Source of the DNA: Tubiluchus corallicola
Taxonomy: Eukaryota; Animalia; Priapulida
Reading direction: 5' to 3'
DNA length: 64,000 nt
Assembly (NCBI GenBank): GCA_030141605.1
Contig: JAQGDQ010000540.1
Location: 62,001-126,000 of the forward strand
Under the pieces are notes generated by a model. That model ran no database searches. It was not told the origin of the DNA and saw nothing but the letters and a program-made list of their open reading frames with translations. This document shows, piece after piece, positions 40,179 to 52,900 of the stretch. The position numbers were made by a program, and so were the translations under genes. How positions within the stretch are numbered: position 1 is the first letter of the stretch; every line of letters starts with the position of its first letter.

Positions 40179-40394
40179 ATGAGTGTGCCTTACGGAAAGA
40201 TGGGTGAGGTGAACGACGTGGAGCCTCATCCTCAGCCTGCAGCTGCTCCTCCACCAGCAGTACCTGCAGTAGTCATACCTGCAGCACCTGTTCAGATACA
40301 ACACGTAACTGCTGTACCTGGAGTGACACAACCTGCACAGCCGCCTGAATCAAAACTGTCTGTTAGATATGCAAAACCTCTATCAATTATACAG
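40179..40394 (+). CDS. First coding exon of an MS4A/CD20-like gene (72 aa, Pro/Ala/Val-rich N-terminus plus start of TM1)
   Basis: Acceptor tttttgcag 5 nt before ATG; MSVPYGK...YAKPLSIIQ ending at phase-0 donor cag|gtaatc; joins in frame to VLCGC of downstream exons, giving LSIIQVLCG (MS4A TM1-like). Confidence 0.8.
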
Positions 40395-42036
40395 GTAATC
40401 TTTAATCTTTGTAATGAAATTAGTTGGCCACAAAACATGGCAATAGGTTTTTAGATATTGAACCAGATTGAACCTATTGATAAACCAGAACTAATAAACC
40501 AAAAAGTATATATCTAATCAACGATTAACACATCCTCTATCATAGTGATTACTCACAAAGTCCTTACTAACCCTTCTAAACCCTGCTTAACTTGTTTTGT
40601 CCTGATTCACTGTTTCGTTTTCTTCTTAATCTTTTCACATTTTATTGAAATCACTTGAACAACCTCTGCTGTAAACAAGATGACAATTAGTTTAAAATTT
40701 TCAGCATCTGGTAAAAATCTTGTATATGTTTTCAAATGCGTGGTTGTTATGACATAGTAATGTTTAATGTATTTTGTCGAAATAAAAATAAACCTTAACA
40801 TGAACTAACTTAATGGGTTAATGGTTAGTTAATTAAAGGAGAAATTAATAGTCGCAATTCAATATTAAAGGATCTGGGACCAAATTAGGGCCTGATCGAA
40901 CATGTGACGTGCTAGCTATATATATATGGCCCCCCAAAATAGCTATATTGCCGGAAACTTATTGCTTTCCAAGGAGCCTGGGAGTGGCTTCTAAAATTTC
41001 CTGACTGGATAATGGAGATAACCTCCATTTTACATTCAAACACTCAATCCAATGGCATAATTATTACAAAGATGCTGTCTGCTTCTTTGTATAAGGTGAG
41101 AGATTTTTACAGAGTGAGATAAGTAAGAGAAAAGAACACTGAGGAATATGTAAATCCTTCTATAAGTGAGGAAGCAGTAAGTTGAATTGGCAATGAATTC
41201 AGTGAAACCTTATTACTTGAGCTTTTCAAGGTGCTCGTTATTACCTGAAAGACATTTTTGACTTGCTAAACCTTTAATTGGGCTTTGTAGTTTCAAATCA
41301 TCAACAGTTTTTGGTGAACTGTGAACATGTTTCAATTGTGGCATAACTAAAAATGGGACGTATAATAACATTGCTATTGCATGAAGAGATGATCGTCACC
41401 TTTTAGGTTTCAGCTGTTTAACCACCTCAGGCTAATAAGAAAACCATGAAGAGTTGTGCACTCCAGAGCACAGCATTTTTTGTATTGCAGAAGTTTTTGT
41501 CTTGATGTAGTTATTCAGCCTGCAGTAGAAGTGCTATATTTGTTGTAATATTTGCATCAGTTTTCATATTTTGCTAATGAATTTCTGTCAATTTGATCTA
41601 TTTTTTTGACATTTTTTATTTATTTTTGGTATCGTGTCTCAAGAATGTTTGTCATGTAGGTGCATGGATTAGACTTCAAAGTGGGCAATCTTGACCTTGA
41701 ATAGTCTGTAACATTATGCATGTGTTTTTTCTTCTGTCACTTACTCAAAATAATAAGTCATGGCCTGCTGTGATGCTGTGTGTAGTGATAGGATGACCTT
41801 TGCAGTTATGCACCTTTGTCGTCTGCATCTTTCTTGTGGTTTCTTGGTGAATTCCATTTTATGTAGACGATGATGATGCTAATGACCATTTTGACTCGTG
41901 ATCTCATGGTCATAAATTTTTCAGTGACTATGTTCAATGAACTAACTTCAATGTTACATGAAAGTTTTTTTGCCATTGGCTTGTGAGGTAGTAGTTTCTG
42001 GAAGTTTGTTCTTATTTTTCACCTTAACTTTCTCTC

Positions 42037-42581
42037 GTTTTGCCCGGCAACACCATTATAACATCCCTGTAGGGTGTGGCTTATGGCGTGGAATTTTTTC
42101 GTCATTACCGGTGTTATTGGCCTTGCTGCTTGTGTGAAGCCAAAACACAGAGGCATGATAATTGCATTGATGGCCTTGTCAATTATAGCAACAGTGTTTG
42201 CTGTCAAAATAGTGATAATAAGTTCAATATACATAGCGATTACCTGTAGTTCTTTTCGATATCAATGTTGAGCTTCCAACTCTTGGTATGGATACTAATG
42301 TATTATGCATGCCGGAGAGCAGTCAGATGTTCCTTAGCTGCTTATTGTATTCAACTGCTAATCGGAATAATGGAACAGGTATCATCTATCTGGCTGTCTA
42401 TTCTCTGTTCTAAAGTTATCTGTTGTGGAAACAAGTATCATCTTCTGATCATGTACTACACAGCTGGTCAGCCACCACCACCTGTTTCTGACCCCATTGC
42501 TGAAGAACAAACTTTTCAGCAAGTTGGACATGTTCACACAATATCCAGGAATGCAAATTCACCCAACGTCCTACAGGCATA
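42037..42581 (+). pseudogene. Decayed MS4A-like terminal exon (psi1)
   Basis: Homologous to 44244-44849 (FFVITGVIGLAACVKPK, CSLAAYCIQLLIGIME, QTFQQVGHV); acceptor and first codons lost; frameshifts. Confidence 0.85.
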
Positions 42582-43309
42582 GAGGTACTCTTTCACTAGC
42601 TAGTTGCTTTGTAGGGAATCAGGTTAGCTATATTTTCACTTGCTGGTTTTACAGGTTGGCTGACTGTTGGCTGATATAATTGACTTGTGACCTATTTACT
42701 TACAACTACAGATATGAAATTTTGCATAAGTGAAGCTTGTCGCTGGTTACATAAACATATTTTATAGGCCTTTTTTAAAGTTCTTTGGGGTGAGAGGAAG
42801 GCCAGCCATACAATGGACAGCCCAAACATTATTCATTACAAGGCTACAAAATTGGACTAATTGGTCATTTTCACTATTTCACTGTTCTGCAGTGATAGAA
42901 CTTAATAGCCTTCTAGTCCTCGTTTCAGCCACAACGATAAATAAAGAAGATGTGAATTATTACAGCTTTCCAACACAACATTTTCTGCTTAACTATACCT
43001 TATATCATTATTAATATATACGATACCAATACCAATAATTCCTGCATTCTTTAAACCAGTTTTATCAAAAAAAACATACTCCATTCCATTTATCACAGTT
43101 TTTGGCCAGCATAATTTATAATCTCTTCTGCACCTTAAACCAAAGTTTAAGTGACCAAACTCGATCTAAGATGACTGGAGACCCACTTACGTTCTAATTG
43201 ACTTACAAAGAACAATTTCATTTGTTGTTGTTTGGTCAGTCACTTACAGTTACTGAGTGGACTAATATTTTTTCATTTGTATGGAGATGATATCGTTTTT
43301 GTCAACTTT

Positions 43310-43590
43310 TCCTTTACTGCCGATGCTATTGGTCTTACAGCTTGTACAAAGCCAGAAAAAAGGAGCTGGATTATTGCTTTGATGGTCATGTCAATTATGG
43401 CAGCACTGCTTGCTGGAATTTTTATGATAGCAATTTCAATAAACATATCTATTATGTGGTTCACTTCCTTGTCACTGCTAAGATTTTAGCTATTCGTGTA
43501 AAAAAAACGAATCTACTTGCGTGTGTGAGTGCTAGAGGATAGCTAGATGTTCCTTGGCTGCAATTTGTGTTCATCTGTTAAATGGACAAA
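43310..43590 (+). pseudogene. MS4A-like terminal exon fragment (psi2)
   Basis: AIGLTACTKPEKRSWIIALMVMSIMAALLAG and agatgttccttggctgc; truncated both sides. Confidence 0.8.
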
Positions 43591-44243
43591 CGTGACTCAG
43601 TGTTTATCCCTTTCTCTTTTCTGCTCTTTCAATCATATAAGCATTATCATAATAAAATCAGTTTTAGTGAATAACCTACCTATACAGCTATGATGCAACT
43701 TTTGCTTGCTGTATTGTCAAGTAGAGCTCCATTGGATGTGTCATAGGCACCCAGCTAAGCTAAGCAGTTTAGGTAAAATGTAATTATTATGGTTTGCGCA
43801 AACCCTGTGAAAGAATGTCTAAATTTCTAACTGTTTTCTAAATAAAACCAATTATAAATTTACAAATCAGCACGCTTCTACTTAATTCAGCAATATATAT
43901 TAAGTTATTACAAAAACGAATAATTATTGTACCCATACAATGCATTATGTATGTAAGGAAAGTGCATGGTTCACTAAAAAATGGTTTTTTTCTGCCGGAC
44001 TAATAGACAAAAATCACCATTAGATTTAATAGAAATGAAAGATGGTAATAACACTTTGGCCAAGATAAAAGTGATAGCTATAATTCCATTACTTATCATA
44101 ATACCATTCTCATTTCTCACTGGCATGATCTAGTCAGCAGAATATTTATTTTGCACTTGTTATTGCCTAATGTGCTAAATTTTTTGAATTTTTCTGCCAC
44201 AAAAGTTCCAAATGAATTAAATATGCACTTTGTTTTTCTTCAG

Positions 44244-44849
44244 GTGTTATGTGGATGCATTGCCGTCATTGCAGAGATAACTGCAATTATTGTGTTTGCC
44301 CGGCAGCTCCGTTATAATTTTCCTATAGGACAGGGCATATGGTGTGGAATTTTTTTCGTTATTGCTGGTATTATTGGTTTTGCTGCTTGTGGAAAGCCGA
44401 AAAAGAAAGGCTTGATAATTGCTTTGATGGTCTTGTCAATTGTAGCAGCAGTTTTTGCTGGCATTTTATTGGTATCAAGTTCAATATACATGGCAGTTAC
44501 AAGTGGTTATAATCGATACCGCTGTCAAGATTCTAGCTACTCAGACGAAACTAATGAATATACTTACACCTATGATTATGCATGCCAGAGAGCACTAAGA
44601 TGTTCCTTAGCTGCTTACTGTATTCAACTGCTAATGGGAATAACGGAACTGGTGTCGTCTATCTGGGTGTCTGTTCTCTGTTGCAAAGCTGTCTGTTGTG
44701 GAAACGCGTATCGTCCTGTGATCGTGTACTATGCAGCTGGTCAGCCACCGCCTATTTCTGTCCCGATGGCTGGAGGACAAACTTTTCAACAAGTTGGACA
44801 TGTCTCTCAGTATCCAGGAGTGCAGATTCACCCCCCTCCCTATGTATAG
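44244..44849 (+). CDS. MS4A/CD20-like terminal exon A (intact, 201 aa; 273 aa with the 40179 exon)
   Basis: Acceptor tgtttttcttcag; four hydrophobic segments, GIWCGIFFVIAGIIG motif, Cys pair in TM3-TM4 loop, ends HPPPYV*; AATAAA at 45208. Confidence 0.9.
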   Translation: MLCGCIAVIAEITAIIVFARQLRYNFPIGQGIWCGIFFVIAGIIGFAACGKPKKKGLIIALMVLSIVAAVFAGILLVSSSIYMAVTSGYNRYRCQDSSYSDETNEYTYTYDYACQRALRCSLAAYCIQLLMGITELVSSIWVSVLCCKAVCCGNAYRPVIVYYAAGQPPPISVPMAGGQTFQQVGHVSQYPGVQIHPPPYV

Positions 44850-46287
44850 GCATAGAGGTACTATTTCACTAACCAGTTGCTTTCTAAGAATCAGGTAAGC
44901 TAATTTATGCAACTTCACTCGTTGGTCTCACAGGTGGGCTGATATACTTGACTTGTGACATATGCACTTCCAACAACAGAATGAAATTTCGCATAAATGA
45001 AGCCTGCTGCTACATAAACTTATTTTATGGGCCTTTTTTAAAATAGCTACAGCATGAGGGGAAGACCACCATACAAATAGGCAGTCCAGTCACATTTATA
45101 AGCTATAAGTTCTATGCAAATATTCATTGCAAGGCTACAAGATTTGAAGAATTGGTCATTTAACATAGAACGTTTGACTTCTACTCCCAGTTTCAGTTAC
45201 ATTGATAAATAAAAATGATGTAAATTATTAAAGCTTGCTAATAAGACATTATCTAATTAATTACGTTATTATATCACATAGTATTACTAATAATTGCTGT
45301 ATTTTTAAAACTAAGGCAGTTTTTGCATGAAAAAACATACTCGATTCAATTTGCCACAATTTTTGTTGCCAGCATAGTTTGTAGTCACTTCTACATCCAT
45401 ACCTAACTCAGTCTAAATCAATTGGAAATCTGCTATTTCCAAACTGACTGACGAAGAACAACTTCCTTTATAGTCACTGGGTAGATTATGGCTTTGTTTC
45501 TTATCCTTTGCAGCACAGGCATTTTATTTTTTTTCTTTGCCAGACACTGGCTCATAACATTACTTTGTTTTGCTGCATAGGCATTTCACAATTCTCTCTT
45601 CCTCTGTTTCAGTCATTCTCTGACTTTGCAGCCTTGTGACATAGTAAAAATCTAAAGTCTTAGAGACCTCTCTATATCTGTGAGGGTTCAATAGCTGATA
45701 TTGCTAGGCAACTCTTAGACTGAAAGACCTGTGTACTGAGGCTCCAATACTGAGATCAATCTTGAATCAAAAGATGAAATAGTGAGACAAAAGAACATTG
45801 AGGAACGAACCAATAGGTGAGAGTAAAGTTAACCGAGTGGGCAGTGACCTGAGGGAAGTCTTCTTACTTAGACTCTCTAAAATGTTCTTCGATTACATGA
45901 AAGGCAATTTTGCTTTGCAAGAACTTCAGTCTTGGTAATTTAGCTTTAATTTTTTTACTTTACTGAAAAATATTTATGAAGCATCGGTACACAATAGCAT
46001 GCATACTGCATTAACATAGTACATAGTACCATGGTACCCATTCCATTTGTTATTAAGTTCTGGGATGATAAAAAATGGCACGAAGTTTATGTTGGTTTTC
46101 CTGAATGAGCTGCAGTTGCTTTGTTTGATTTGCTAAGTTGTACTGGTATCCATTACTCCAGTTCTAGGCAACATTGCGTTACGATTAGATCAAAGGAATC
46201 TGATCTATACCTTTAGGTACAAACTTTCAAATTAACACCAAAAATGGTCCAACTTAATTAATTTTGCACTTTTGTTTTTTTCTTCAA

Positions 46288-46412
46288 GCATTATGTGGAT
46301 GCATTGCTGTCGCCGCAGAAATAACTGTGATTACTGTGTATGCCCAGTAGCTCCATTATACAACACTTATACGGCAGGGCGTATGGTGTGGAATTTTTTT
46401 CGTTATTGCCGT
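46288..46412 (+). pseudogene. MS4A-like terminal exon 5' fragment (psi3)
   Basis: Altered acceptor (cttcaag), LCGCIAVAAEITVITVYAQ* then GVWCGIFFVIA; cut by unrelated sequence after ~46412. Confidence 0.85.
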
Positions 46413-49381
46413 TACTAATATATTTTTCATCGATAAAATACAATGCATTCAAGTAAGTGTGGACAAAGCTATGATTTGACCTTAACGTTAAAAAATGCTT
46501 CAGCGATTGCCCTAGTCTCTCCGTTACTGGCATGCCGATTAAGCTTTCCCACATGTAAATACAGCGAGAGTTAGTGTTACACTAGAGGAGTACACACTAT
46601 AACAAACCTAAACTGTCATGATCATGCAAATGAAAACACCAAATACACGAAATTTAAAGGACGTTAAAACAAATAAAAAATGACTGAATTTTTATGGACT
46701 CTATGGAAAATTGTGTTTGAGAATTACATCAAAATAATCAAATTAGTACGTTGTCATTTTCTTTTTCAATGGTTCATGTGTTAGTCCTTTCTTAATCTGC
46801 TAACCTTAATATTTCATCACTTATATAAATTACTAGGTAATAATTTCTTTATCCAAATTATATCGTTACTCCCACAACTAATATGCTTTCATACAGTCCA
46901 GTTCCTCATTTTAGCTTTGTCAGATTTACAAATTTTATTTGTTTGTTACTACTGACAGCCTTCACATGGAATATTGTGGAAACTAATTATTGTGCACTGC
47001 TTAGTATTATGCACAATATTGTATAATACTGTAGTGACTTAAGAGATTCGCTTGCTTCTGGGCCAGAATAAGAGCTGTGATATCTTTAAAATTGCATCTG
47101 GTTATGATTTTACCACAGGAGGCACAGTTACTGGCCATAATGATTTTGGTGTGCCAGCTTCAAAAACATATATTTTGTGCCATCAAGAGAAAATGTTGAG
47201 ACACCTCAAGTGTTTTTTCCATCATGTATGCTTGAATGTGCATTCGTTTCATTTTCCCTAAATGCTTACATTGTTGATACGCACAGCTTTGCACTGGAAC
47301 AATCTGATAATGGTTGAAACGCCATCTAATGGCCTTAGTAACACATGTTCTATGCATCTTACTGTGCCATAGGACTATCCTAGTTTCGGCCATGGTACTA
47401 CATTTTGAGTAGGCTTATCCATAGTGTGCATTGATGAATATAGTGGCTTGACTCCATCGTGCTACTATGATATTGCCAAATGCAGGAGTGCCTAAGTACA
47501 TTCAAAGTGTTTCTGTTTCATAGACTAAGTGCATAACCTCTTATCATCTCTGGAATGATGCTTTGATGATTCTTCATCACTGGTTAGCACTTGTCATTTA
47601 CCAATTTTATTAGTATGGGCAAATTATGATGCAAAAAGTGATAAAGTGAAACAGTATAATCCGTCTGTGACATCTGAAAGAATAATGTTCATTACTGGCT
47701 AGTTTTATGCGTCACTGAACTTTTTCTTTGTGTGTTCTTTTCAGCCGGTCCGTTTCATTCAGCAGTTTCGGCAGTTTGATTCAGTTGTGAAATTTATTTC
47801 TTCTGCTAGGGCTGCCTGGCCAATGGCCAGTTATTTCCAGCTTAGCTTTGATGTTGGAAGTGAAGATAATTCATGGGACAGAACTTCGCTGTTGTTTGTG
47901 TTATGGTTGAATTCCACTAACTGTTAAATAAGTTATGTCAATATAATGTATTTTGCTCAATCCAACTTGTATGGGGCTTCTTCATCAATGCCATGTGCAT
48001 TCATTGAGGTTGTCTCGTAGACCCTTGTGACCACTTACTTTCAAAATACGATTGTACTGGAATAACCATGTTACCGAATTGACTACACTAAAGATAACAG
48101 CACATGTTTCCTGTTTATAACATTAACTATGCTGAGGGTGTTGTTGTGGAGCTAAAAGATTTATACAAACTCCTAGTTTTTTGCAGAGTTCTTGCTTGTT
48201 TATAATATCTGCGGCTATTCTGATTTTGGCTTCTATCTTTTATGTGCCTTGAAGTATGGCGCTATCTGTGATCGTGCCTCATAACTGAAATGTTCTTCTT
48301 AGAATCTCTCTTTCACAACAAACATAATGACTGAGTGTATCCCTTTGTCTTTTCTTCTCTTTTAGTCAAACAAACATCATCATAATGAGTTTTACTAAAT
48401 AACCTACCCATACAGCTATCATGCAACTTTTAGTTGCTATATTGTCAAGTAGAGCTCCATAGGGCATGTCATAGACATCTAGCTAAACTAAGCATTTTAG
48501 CTAAAATGGTATACTTGTGATTGTTATGGTTTTCCCAAACCCTGTGAAAGAATGTTTAAATGTCTAACTGACACCAATTATAAATTTACAAATCTTCTAC
48601 TCCCGGTTTCAGTTACAATGATAAATAAAAATGATGTAAATTATTCCAGCTTGCTGATAACACGTTATCTAATTAATTACTTTATTATATCACATACTAA
48701 TAAATAAATGCTGTATTTTTAAAACTATGGCAGTTTTTACATAAAAAACATACTCGATTCAATTTCTCCAATTTTTGTTGCCAGCATAGTTTGTAGTCAC
48801 TTCTGCATCCATACCAAACTCAGTCTAAATCAATTGGAAACTTGCAATTTCCAACTCTTACTAGGAACAACTTCCTTTATGGTCGAGTTTCTTCGTTAGT
48901 CACTGGGTGGATTGGCTTTACTTCAAAACCAGCTGACGAACCATACGTTTCATGGCTTTGTCTCTTACGTTTTGCTGCGCAGACATTTCATTTTTCTCCT
49001 TGCCCGACACTAGCTCTTAACATTACATTGTTTTGCTTCATAGGCCCTGTTTTTTTAACTTTACTGAAAAATAGTGATAAAGCAACCGTATACAGTAGCA
49101 TGTATAATCCATTACCGTAGTGCGTAGTACTCATTCCATTTGTTAAGTTCTAGGATGATAAAAATGGTACGAAGTTTATGGTTTTCTGGTTTTCCTGAAC
49201 GGGTGGCAGTTGCTCTATTTGATTTGCTAAGTTGTAGTACTGGTGTCCCTTACTCCAGTTCTAGGCAACATTACGTTGCGATTAGATCAAAGGAATCTGA
49301 TCTATACCTTTAGGTGTAAACTTTCAAATTAATTCCAAAAAATGTCCAAGTTAATTAATTTTGCACTTTGTTTTTCTTCAG

Positions 49382-49990
49382 GTGTTATGTGGATGCATTG
49401 CTATCGTTGCAGAGATAACTGCGATTATTGTGTATGCCCGGCAGCTCCATTATAGAATACCTATAGGACAGGGCATATGGTGTGGAATTTTTTTCATTAT
49501 TGCCGGTATTATTGGTCTTGCTGCATGCAGAAATCCGAAAAAGAGAAGCTTGATAATTGCTTTGATGGTCTTGTCAATTGTGGCAGCTGTGTTTGCTGTC
49601 ATTTTTCTGATTTTAAGTTCAATATACATATCGATTATAGGTATTTCTCTTCGGTATTTCTGTTACAGTTATGTCTATTCGTATCAAGCTAGTGAAAATA
49701 TTTACACTTACGATTATGCATGCCAGAGGGCACTCAGTTGTTCTAGAGCTGCTTACTGTATTCAGCTGCTAATTGCAATAATGGAACTTGCATTTTCTAT
49801 CTGGGTGTCCGTTCTCTGCTGCAAAGTTGTTTGTTGTGGAAAGACCTATCGCCCTGTGGTCATGTACGATGCGGCTGGTCAGCTACCATCTATTTCTGCC
49901 CCGGCGGCTGGAGGACAAACATTTCAACAGGTTGAACACGTCACGCAATATCCAGGAACACAGATCCACCACCCGCCTCCCTATGTATAG
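49382..49990 (+). CDS. MS4A/CD20-like terminal exon B (intact, 202 aa)
   Basis: Same acceptor tgtttttcttcag and phase as A; colinear with A; ends HHPPPYV*. Confidence 0.9.
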   Translation: MLCGCIAIVAEITAIIVYARQLHYRIPIGQGIWCGIFFIIAGIIGLAACRNPKKRSLIIALMVLSIVAAVFAVIFLILSSIYISIIGISLRYFCYSYVYSYQASENIYTYDYACQRALSCSRAAYCIQLLIAIMELAFSIWVSVLCCKVVCCGKTYRPVVMYDAAGQLPSISAPAAGGQTFQQVEHVTQYPGTQIHHPPPYV

Positions 49991-52900
49991 ACATTGAGGT
50001 AATCTTTCAGTTCTTGATCGCTGTGCAACGAATTTGCAAGCTATTGCATGCAGTTTCACTCGTTGATCTTGCTCTTGGATTTAGATACGTTGACTTGTGG
50101 CTTGTATGAAATTCCCCCGTAAATGGAACTCCTCGCCTAATACATGGTAAAAATACAAAGGCATAGGGGAATGTCACCATTCGAATGCACAACAGTTTTT
50201 GTAAGAAACTTCAACTGATAATTATAAATAGTCAAAACACAAAACGTTTTTGCTGGTTTTCTGAAACCTAAGTTACCAGCTATTTTTGCTCATTTTTGCA
50301 ATTTTTTTATGTTTTAAGTTGCTAAATTATTGTTTTGTAAATTGTTGTGTTGTACTGTGTTGTTGTATAATTGTATTTAGCATAGTTTTTTTTTGCTACT
50401 GGCCTATTATTCCTGCTTTGGTGCTAAAATTGGCTATTGTAATTGGCTGCTTCAAATTAAAATTCCAAAGAATATTTTTTGCTTAGTTAAATCTTGGTGT
50501 AGCCAACATTCATAGTATGGGATTGCATCTTCAAACACCAGCTCTTCCAAATATAGTATAAATATTTTAATAATGGAATGTGCAGTTGTATTTCAGGCAT
50601 TTCCTAGCATTTTTATATCTGCATAACATGTTAAGGTTAAGCTCAGCATACCTTTGAGCACTATAATCTTCCTGGAAACTTTTGGATAAATGGTACTATA
50701 AATTTATATAATGCTGTGCTTAAAACATCCAACCTGAAGTAATTTTGATTAAGATTTTGCCACAAAGGAAGAGTTCTGATTATTGATATTAACTATTATG
50801 AGCATTATTATGCTGATTTCTGACAGTTTTTTCTGAATTGAGTTTCAACTAGCATACTTACAGTTATGATTTACCATAACTGCATAAGTAATTCAAGCTG
50901 GGCTGCTCTTATTCTTATTGTTTCCATTTTTCTCTTACTTTTAGCTCCTTTTAAAGTCTTCTGCCAAATCACAAAATAGGAAATTCACTTCCTAATCTGA
51001 TAAACTCATAAAGATTCATTTACAGATGCTTACATTTTATATATTTACATTTAATATATTCACATAACTGTAATACTTTATAATCTTGTAGTCTTTGCAA
51101 TAAACATTTGCACAGAAATAGTATGCCATGCCTATAAAAAGAAGAATAGTTTTAGAGAATTGGGGCTCGATGAAAATGATAATGGAGAAGTAACTATAAC
51201 AGTAAGAGAAAATTAGTCGTCTCAGCTAACTATTCCTTATGATTTTAGATGCCAAATTGCAAAATTTGTATATTCCATTGTTACAAAAATGGGTTATCCA
51301 TCTTTTGTTCAAACCAGGTTGCAGTGCAGCTACTTGTAGACAAGTTGCAGTACAAGATGGTATTGTCTAGGTCTTCTTTCCATCTAAGAGATTGTGAGTT
51401 GATTACTGCGGCCGGAAAATACCAAAGGTTTTAAAATTGTACCTGCTGTTACTCTGCCTGCAGTGTGGTAATTAGGATAAAAGTGGGGTAATAATAGTCC
51501 CTGTTATGTAGATATAGTTTGTTATTTACAGCCAGCAAAACGCTCTTTGAGTTTAGTCTTAAATGTTTATCTAAAAGTCGACTTTAAATAAAGACCTTAT
51601 TATTATTTTTTTTATTTTTTTTTATTAAGCTAGCAAACTGGTTATCGCAATGTTCTTAATACTCACTCATTTTGTTCACAATAAGTCAACAGCAATAAAA
51701 CAAGAATTTAACAAGTTTTTTCTGCTGTGGCCAAAATGCAAGCATGTGCTTAGTTACTTGTAAAAAACAAGTGTGCGCTTGGTTAGTCGCAAGAAATTTT
51801 GCTAATTGCCAACTGAAATTACTGCCTTGTTGGATTTTCATCGTTTTGGACTGTGGACTATTCATTTGGAGAGTATGGCAAAGCTACAGGAAAAATGAAA
51901 CAGGACAAGGTAGTCTGTTAGTTTAATTATGTCTTTGTGTGATTAAATATTTACTTTTATGCTTAGGTTAGCAAATTCAGATTAGTGAGTTTTTTTGCAA
52001 TTTACACAGTACTAATAGCTAATAAAAATGATAAATAAAATAAAATGATGTCACATGCAGACTAGAGAGTTCTCTCTCAACTTATTGTGCAACTTCTCTC
52101 TGAGAGTAAACTTGCAAGTGTGAACGGCTTGGCAACTTCTCTCACAACTTATTCTGGTGCTGATTTAGATTATAATGACGAAGCCTAGCCAAATTGTGTA
52201 ATAACTGATAAATTACGATCTAATACTGTATGTGTTATGTCATGCAGAATTTAGGTTTGTACATTTCATACAAATTCGTTTCATATGATATTAAACTTAT
52301 TATTGAATTAAATTGCCCCGAACTGTAATTAAGCAATGCATTTTGTATAATACTAAGTTAACTAATTGAATCTCATTTAATTTGCTCTAAATATTTTCGC
52401 GAAAACTAATGACTTTTAATCAGTGCACCTTGGAGCTGCATATGTGCCACCACGCGCGATATGACAGAATTTTATTTGGCATTTACATTGGCATTCATGA
52501 ACTTAATAAGTAAGTTTTTTCTGGAAAAATAATAACAATTAAAATAAATGATACTGTAATCACTGTAGTCCAAAAAGTGGTATGATTAAGTACTTGCTTC
52601 ATTACAGAGCACTATAATATGGATTTCTGTTTCATTGTTTGAATAGATTTCTGTTTCCCGACTCAGTAAAGTCTCGAATAATTTCAATAATTTATTTGCA
52701 TGAGTTAGAACATAGCGAGTGAATAGTTTATTGATAAAGAACGATAGAAGGTCGTTATTGTTATGAGATATTTATGATATACACGAAGTCTCTGTAACAA
52801 TGTTGGTATGTAAGTTCAGCTCCATGTGTTCCAAAAATTTTGCATGATAATGTAAGCACATTAGAATTAATTACATGTATAATATCTACTGCTAGAGATA

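Noticed and set aside
44151-44243. Exons A and B as stand-alone intronless genes using ORF-track starts 44151 and 49361
   Set aside because: Those starts are TTG codons in intron sequence that includes the pyrimidine tract and CAG acceptor; homology among cassettes begins at the acceptor.
51438-51470. VPAVTLPAV resembling VPAVVIPAA of the 40179 exon (possible second first exon)
   Set aside because: Only ~9 low-complexity codons, followed by a stop, with no flanking similarity or proper exon structure.
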